Under the pieces are notes generated by a model. That model was not told the origin of the DNA. It saw only the letters and a list, made by a program, of their open reading frames with translations, and did not search any database. DNA of 64,000 nt, from contig JASGHJ010000002.1 in NCBI GenBank assembly GCA_047602405.1, positions 2,336,001 to 2,400,000 on the forward strand. Reading direction: 5' to 3'. Of this stretch, positions 58,811-64,000 are shown piece after piece; positions within the stretch are counted from its first letter, which is position 1, and each line of letters starts with the position of its first letter. Source of the stretch: Anaeromyxobacteraceae bacterium. GTDB lineage: Bacteria; Myxococcota; Myxococcia; Myxococcales; Anaeromyxobacteraceae. The position numbers and the translations under genes were made by a program.

Positions 58811-59979
58811 CGCCCGCCCATGATGGCGATGTAGTCGGTCACCCAGCGCGAGTACGGGACGCAGGTGCCCTGGCTCTTGCACGCCGCGGTCGGCGTCCGC
58901 CAGAAGTGGACCTCGGCGAAGCGCTCGAAGCCGTTCACCTTGCAGACGTCGAGCCCGCCCGGCGCCGGGACCTTGCAGGCCTCGGGCACGACCGGCACCG
59001 ACCCGAACCACTCCGCGAGGGCAGACTGGAGCTTCGTGTCGAGCGACCACTCCATCCACCTGTAGGCGCAGACCGGGTTCTTCGCGCTCGCGTGGAGCAT
59101 GGTCGTGTCCGCCCACCCGGTGGAGCCCTCGGCCGGGATGGTGGCGGCGACGGGCTGCTTCTCCGCGGCGAGCGCGTTCGCCATGTAGCCCCACGACGAC
59201 GACGCGACCACGCCCTCGTTCTTGAAGTCGCTCATCTGCACGGTGGCGTCGTGCCAGTAGCGGTGCGCGAGCCCCTTCTGCTGGCGGAGCAGCGCGAGCG
59301 CCGCCTCGTACTGCTTGTCGTTGAGCTCGTACGGATCGGTGATGCCGAGGTCGGGCTTCTTCTTCATGAGGTAGAGCGCGGCGTCGGCCACGTAGATCGG
59401 GCCGTCGTACGCCTGCACCCGCCCCTTGTTCGGCTTGCCGTCCGGGAGCTTCTGCGGCTCGAAGACCACCGCCCAGGAGGTCGGGGCGGTCTTGAAGGTC
59501 TTCGTGTTGTACATGAGGACGTTCGGGCCCCACTGGTAGGGCACGCCGTACGCCTTGCCGTCGACGGTGTACCAGGGCGCGCCCTTCAGGCGGTCGTCGA
59601 CGGCCTTGTACGAGGGCACCCTGGCGAGGTCCACGGGCTGGACCGCCTTCGCGGCCACGAGCCGGAGGCTCGCGTCGCCCGAGGCCGTCACGAGGTCGTA
59701 CTCGCCCTTCGACGAGGTCATGAGCTGCACCATCTCGTCGGAGGTCGCGGCGGTCTTCACGGTGACCTTGCAGCCGGTCTCCTTCTCGAACCGGGTGACC
59801 CAGTCGTAGTTCTTGTCGGTCTCGCCGCGCTCGATGTAGCCGGGCCAGGCGATGATGTTCACCTGCCCCTCGGGCTTCGGGGGCTCGGGGTTGACGGGGG
59901 GCGGCGGCGGGGGCGGCGCGTCCTTCTTGCATGCCGCGAGCGCGAGGGCCGCCGCGGCGACGAGCATCGTCCTCTTCAT
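58807..59979 (-). CDS. ydcS: Polyamine-type ABC substrate-binding lipoprotein YdcS-like
   Basis: LAAC lipobox, IIAWPGYIERG, TSDEMV, ASGDASLRL, YQWGPN, GWADTTM. Confidence 0.88.
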   Translation of the reverse strand: MKRTMLVAAAALALAACKKDAPPPPPPPVNPEPPKPEGQVNIIAWPGYIERGETDKNYDWVTRFEKETGCKVTVKTAATSDEMVQLMTSSKGEYDLVTASGDASLRLVAAKAVQPVDLARVPSYKAVDDRLKGAPWYTVDGKAYGVPYQWGPNVLMYNTKTFKTAPTSWAVVFEPQKLPDGKPNKGRVQAYDGPIYVADAALYLMKKKPDLGITDPYELNDKQYEAALALLRQQKGLAHRYWHDATVQMSDFKNEGVVASSSWGYMANALAAEKQPVAATIPAEGSTGWADTTMLHASAKNPVCAYRWMEWSLDTKLQSALAEWFGSVPVVPEACKVPAPGGLDVCKVNGFERFAEVHFWRTPTAACKSQGTCVPYSRWVTDYIAIMGGR

Positions 59980-60106
59980 GCGTCACTCTCCTTCGTCGTG
60001 CCCCTCGGTGAACGTCGGGGGAGGGCACGCCGCGAGAGTGTAGGGCCCGGCGTCCGGCCGAGCCGCAGGTTTTCTGCCCGTGGAGGCGGGGGAACCCGCC
60101 CGGGAT

Positions 60107-60532
60107 CTACTCGCGGCTCGACAGCCAGCGCAGCGCGACGATCGCGAGCGCCGCCGGCGCGACGACGCGCACGACCTTCCAGGACCGCCGCTCCCACGAA
60201 TCCACGCGGTCCGCGAGGAGCAGCATCGTCCAGTGGCGCATGGCGTGGTCGGGGTGGCGGTACGCCGCCCGCCGGAGCAGGCCCGACAGGCCGCGGAGCG
60301 GCACGGCGGTGCCGAACACCGGCGGCATGGGCTTCCCGGGCCGGCCGTGGCGCGGGACCGACGGCGTGCCGGACTGCCGCGCCGGGTGGGGCCGCGCGTT
60401 CACGAGCGGCTCCGGGCGCCGCTCCTTCGGGACCCCGGGCCGGCGCGACGGGTCGAGGTCGTGGCCCGCGTACGCGGGCCGGCCGGGGCCGGGCGTGATG
60501 CCGGGGCCGGCGGCGGGGTTCGGCTGCTCCAT
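60107..60532 (-). CDS. Hypothetical protein
   Basis: AAGGAG RBS; DPSRRPGVP, PVFGTAVPLRGLSG.LRR.AY, HW..LLLADRVD; C-terminal TM. Confidence 0.65.
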   Translation of the reverse strand: MEQPNPAAGPGITPGPGRPAYAGHDLDPSRRPGVPKERRPEPLVNARPHPARQSGTPSVPRHGRPGKPMPPVFGTAVPLRGLSGLLRRAAYRHPDHAMRHWTMLLLADRVDSWERRSWKVVRVVAPAALAIVALRWLSSRE

Positions 60533-60543
60533 CGCGCGCTCCT

Positions 60544-61698
60544 TCAGTGCACGGTCTCGCCGTGGGGGAACAGGGCCACCTTGATGCACCCGTCCTGCTT
60601 CCTCGCGAAGGTGTGGTAGCCGTCCGGCGCCTTCTCGAGCGGGAGCCTGTGGGTGAACACCGCCTTCGCGTCGATCCGGCCCTCCCGGACGTGCTCGAGC
60701 AGGTGCTTCATGTAGCGCTTCACGCTGGTCTGGCCGGTGCGGATGGTCTGGCACTTGTTCATCGCGGTGCCGAAGTCGACCCAGTTGAAGGGCGGCCCGT
60801 ACACGCCGACCACCGAGACCGTCCCGCCCTTGCGCGTCGCGTGGAAGCACCAGTTGAGCGCCGCCGCCGAGCCCGCCTCGAGCTTCCCGTACACGCCCGC
60901 GGCGCGCTGCAGGGGCGACCCCGCGGCCTCGAGCCCCACCGCGTCGATGCAGGCGTCGGCGCCCCGGTCGTCGGTCATCGCCTTCACCGCCGTGATCACG
61001 TCGGCCTGGGTGAAGTCGATCGTCTCGACGTTCGCGAAGCGCCGCGCGAACGCGAGCCGGTAGGGCACCTTGTCGACCGCGATGACCCGGCCCGCGCCGA
61101 GCAGCCAGGCCGAGCGCATGGCGAAGAGCCCCACCGGCCCGGCCCCGAACACCACCACCGTCTCGCCGCCGCGCAGGTTGCACATCTCGGCGGCCATGTA
61201 GCCGGTGGGGAGCGCGTCGGTGAGCGGGAGGACGTCGAGGTCGTCGAGGTCGTCCGGCACCTTCTCGGCGCCGACCGCCGCGAACGGGACCCGCACGTAC
61301 TCGGCCTGGCCGCCGTCGTAGCCGCCGGTGGTGTGCGAGTAGCCGTAGACGCCGCAGGCGACGTCGCTCGCCGGGTTGGTGTTCTCGCAGCAGGCGGTGA
61401 GGCCCCGCTGGCAGTAGAAGCAGGCGCCGCAGGAGATGTTGAACGGCACCATCACCCGGTCGCCCTCCTGGAGCCCGCCCGCGTCCTTCCCGACCTCCTC
61501 CACCACCCCCACGAACTCGTGGCCGAACGTCGAGCCCACCCGCGTGTCGGGCACGAGGCCGTGCAGGAGGTGGAGGTCCGAGCCGCAGATCGCCGCCGCG
61601 GTGACCCGCACGATCGCGTCCTGGGGGTGCTCGAGGCGGGGATCCGGCTTCGCCCGCACCGAGACGCGGAACGGGCCCTCGTAGGTGAGCGCTCTCAT
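60544..61698 (-). CDS. Zinc-dependent alcohol/formaldehyde dehydrogenase family protein
   Basis: ICGSDLH, GHEFVG, CGACFYC..C, GGQAEYVRVP, GAGPVG. Confidence 0.92.
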   Translation of the reverse strand: MRALTYEGPFRVSVRAKPDPRLEHPQDAIVRVTAAAICGSDLHLLHGLVPDTRVGSTFGHEFVGVVEEVGKDAGGLQEGDRVMVPFNISCGACFYCQRGLTACCENTNPASDVACGVYGYSHTTGGYDGGQAEYVRVPFAAVGAEKVPDDLDDLDVLPLTDALPTGYMAAEMCNLRGGETVVVFGAGPVGLFAMRSAWLLGAGRVIAVDKVPYRLAFARRFANVETIDFTQADVITAVKAMTDDRGADACIDAVGLEAAGSPLQRAAGVYGKLEAGSAAALNWCFHATRKGGTVSVVGVYGPPFNWVDFGTAMNKCQTIRTGQTSVKRYMKHLLEHVREGRIDAKAVFTHRLPLEKAPDGYHTFARKQDGCIKVALFPHGETVH

Positions 61699-61785
61699 GG
61701 GGAGGAAGGTGGGCACCGCCGCCCGCGCCCGGCTCCCTCGCAGCGCCTCCCCGCGGCCGCCCGTTCGGTGAGACACTCACAGGCG

Positions 61786-63246
61786 ATGAACTCCGAGCGG
61801 CTCGTCCTGCGCAACGCGGGCTGGCTGGTGGGCGCCCAGGTGCTCGCCACGCCGCTCGCGATCGCGGTGAACGCGGTGCTCGCCCGGCGCCTCGGGGCGG
61901 CGGAGTTCGGCTGGATCTACCTCGCCGCCTCGCTCGCCGGACTCGCGTTCCTCGTGGTGGAGGCCGGCCAGGCGACCGCCCTGCCCGGCCTCGTCGCGCG
62001 CGAGAAGGCCCGGGTGGGCGAGCTGCTCGGGAGCGCGCTCGCCTGGCGAGGCGCCGGCGCGGCGCTCGCGGTCGCCCTGCTGGCGGGCGGCGCGGTCGCG
62101 CTCGACGCGCCCGCGGGCCTGACGCTCACGCTCGCGCTCGTGGCGCTCGCGCAGGGGCTCGGCTCCCTCGCCCGCGCCGGCCTCGACGCGGCCCGCGGGC
62201 TGGAGCGGGCCGACCTCGCCGCGGCGGGCCACGTGGGCGGCCAGCTCCTCACCGCGCTGCTCGTCGTCCCCACCCTGCTCCTCGGCGGCGGGCTCGCCGC
62301 CGCGCTCGGCGCCCAGCTGGCCGCCGCCGCGCTCGGCCTCGCGGCGGTGCTGGCCGCGCTGCGCCCGCTCGGCCTGCCCCGGCTCTCCACGGCGCGCGCC
62401 GCGCTCGGCGCGCTCGCGACGGGCGGCGCGCCCTTCCTGCTCCTCGGCGTCGCGACCACGCTGCAGCCCAACGTCGACGCCCTCGTCCTCGCCCGGCTGG
62501 CGCCCGCGGAGGTCCTGGGCTGGCACGGCGCCGCGCTGAAGCTCGTGGGCGCGCTGGTGTTCCCCGCGTCCTCGCTCATCTCCGCGCTCTACCCCACCCT
62601 GTACCGGCTCCACGCCGAGGACCCCGAGGCCTACCGGCGCACCGCGGCGGCGGCGCTGCGCACCGCGACCGTCCTCGTCGTGCCGGTGGCGATCGGCTGC
62701 GGGTTCTTCCCTGCCCTCGGGATCGCCATCTTCGGCGAGGACGGGTTCGGGCCGGCCGCCGCGAACCTCCGCGCGCTCGCGGTCCACGTCTTCCTCCTCT
62801 ACTTCTCGATGACGCTCGGCTGCGCGCTATCCGCGGCGGGCCGCCAGCGCGCCTGGGCGCTCGCCCAGCTCGGCTGCGTGGGGGCCGCGTTCCTGCTCGA
62901 TCTCGTCCTCGTGCCCTGGTTCCAGGCCCACGGCGGGAACGGCGGCGTCGGGGTGGCGGTCTCGCTCGTGACCTGCGAGGTCGCCATGCTCGGCGTGGCC
63001 ATCGCGCTCGTCCCGCGGGGCGTGCTCGACCGGGGCGTCGCCCGGGCCCTCGCGAGGGCGGGCCTCTCCGGGGCTGCGATGGTGGGGGTCGCCCTGGGCC
63101 TCGAGCGGGTCGCGCCGGGCTGGCCGCTGCTCGTGTCCGCGGCCCTCTCGGGGGCTGCCTACGTGCTCGCGCTCCTGGGTCTCGGCGGACTCGACGCCGA
63201 CGCGCGGGGTGCGCTCGTGCGCACAGTCCGCGGGGCTCGCAAGTAG
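61786..63246 (+). CDS. Wzx-like oligosaccharide flippase
   Basis: LRNAGWL, LARRLGAAEFG, many TM helices, ALYPTL. Confidence 0.8.
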   Translation: MNSERLVLRNAGWLVGAQVLATPLAIAVNAVLARRLGAAEFGWIYLAASLAGLAFLVVEAGQATALPGLVAREKARVGELLGSALAWRGAGAALAVALLAGGAVALDAPAGLTLTLALVALAQGLGSLARAGLDAARGLERADLAAAGHVGGQLLTALLVVPTLLLGGGLAAALGAQLAAAALGLAAVLAALRPLGLPRLSTARAALGALATGGAPFLLLGVATTLQPNVDALVLARLAPAEVLGWHGAALKLVGALVFPASSLISALYPTLYRLHAEDPEAYRRTAAAALRTATVLVVPVAIGCGFFPALGIAIFGEDGFGPAAANLRALAVHVFLLYFSMTLGCALSAAGRQRAWALAQLGCVGAAFLLDLVLVPWFQAHGGNGGVGVAVSLVTCEVAMLGVAIALVPRGVLDRGVARALARAGLSGAAMVGVALGLERVAPGWPLLVSAALSGAAYVLALLGLGGLDADARGALVRTVRGARK

Positions 63247-63359
63247 TCGACACATCGATGAATTGAGGCGCTCGCGGCCCGGGTCGAAACGTCGGGGAAT
63301 CGCGGGGTGCACGCTCGCCGCTTCGTCACCTAAGGTGAGCGATCCGTACCACCTCGTAC

Positions 63360-64000
63360 ATGGTCTCCGCCTCGCATCACCCTCTCGGGACGCTCGTCTC
63401 AATCCTCCGCGAGCGCGCCGCGCGATCGCCGGGCGCGCTCGCGTTCCGGATGCTCGCGGACGGCGAGGAGGAGGCCGCCGTCCTCACGTACGGCGAGCTC
63501 GACCTTCGGGCCCGGCACCTCGCGGCCCGCCTCGCCGCGGCGGGGGCCCGCGGCGAGCGCGCGCTCCTGCTCCACCCGCCCGGGCTCGAGTACGTCGTCG
63601 CGATCTTCGGCTGCGCGTACGCGGGCGTGGTCGCGGTCCCCGCCTACCCGCCGCGCTTCAACAGGCCCATGCTCCGCCTGCGGGCGCTGGTGGCCGACGC
63701 CGGCGCGCGCTTCGCGCTCACGACCTCCGCGGTGCTGCGCCGGATCGAGCGGCAGCTGCCCACCGAGCCCGAGCTCGCGCGGCTCACCTGGCTCACCTCC
63801 GAGGAGGCCGCGGAGGACGCCGCGCCGCCCGCCCCCACGTCCGCGGCCGCAGCCCCGGGAGACCTCGCGCTCCTGCAGTACACCTCGGGCTCGACGAGCA
63901 CGCCGAAGGGCGTGATGCTCACCCACGCGCACCTCGCGCGGAACGCCGCGCTGCTCGTGGAGCGCCTGCGCCTCACCCCCGCGGACCACCTCGTGTCGTG
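63360..64000 (+). CDS. Fatty acyl-AMP ligase-like adenylation domain (possible NRPS/PKS start), runs off the window
   Basis: TLVSILRERA, LTYGELD, GERALLLHPPGLEY, AGVVAVPAYPP, LALLQYTSGSTSTPKGVMLTH. Confidence 0.9.
   Translation, partial: MVSASHHPLGTLVSILRERAARSPGALAFRMLADGEEEAAVLTYGELDLRARHLAARLAAAGARGERALLLHPPGLEYVVAIFGCAYAGVVAVPAYPPRFNRPMLRLRALVADAGARFALTTSAVLRRIERQLPTEPELARLTWLTSEEAAEDAAPPAPTSAAAAPGDLALLQYTSGSTSTPKGVMLTHAHLARNAALLVERLRLTPADHLVS

Overview
Very GC-rich bacterial DNA; gene content and repeats suggest Myxococcota, probably Anaeromyxobacter-like (inference). No rRNA, tRNA or CRISPR array was seen. The largest block (about 7.4-36.2 kb) is a starch/pullulan/maltodextrin utilisation locus. 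It has three GH13 amylase-type lipoproteins, a pullulanase lipoprotein, an exported AGE-family epimerase, glucodextranase DOMON-like proteins, a predicted outer-membrane beta-barrel I cannot assign to LamB or SusC, two accessory lipoproteins and malK-E-F-G. Embedded in it is an sxtI/J/K/L-like cassette: carbamoyltransferase, SxtJ-like membrane protein, a 52-aa peptide ending PFIYALF, and an SGNH/TPR protein. The peptide tail matches the tyrosine acyl-shuttle motif of DltX/AlgI, which suggests an MBOAT-free envelope carbamoylation relay. Also present: a DUF222/HNH gene flanked by a duplicated TPR gene tail, a HipA-like kinase/DUF3037/HDOD operon, a hemerythrin-kinase-hemerythrin module, and a lipoprotein/ECF sigma/anti-sigma/exported caspase operon whose protease and anti-sigma share an RxKGG motif. 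Three REP-like palindrome families occur, two of them with copies inserted in-frame in genes. The window also holds ydcSTUV and ends in the start of a fatty acyl-AMP ligase gene. Six genes between 10.8 and 31 kb carry single frameshifts that look like assembly errors. All family calls come from recognising motifs by eye, not from database searches.
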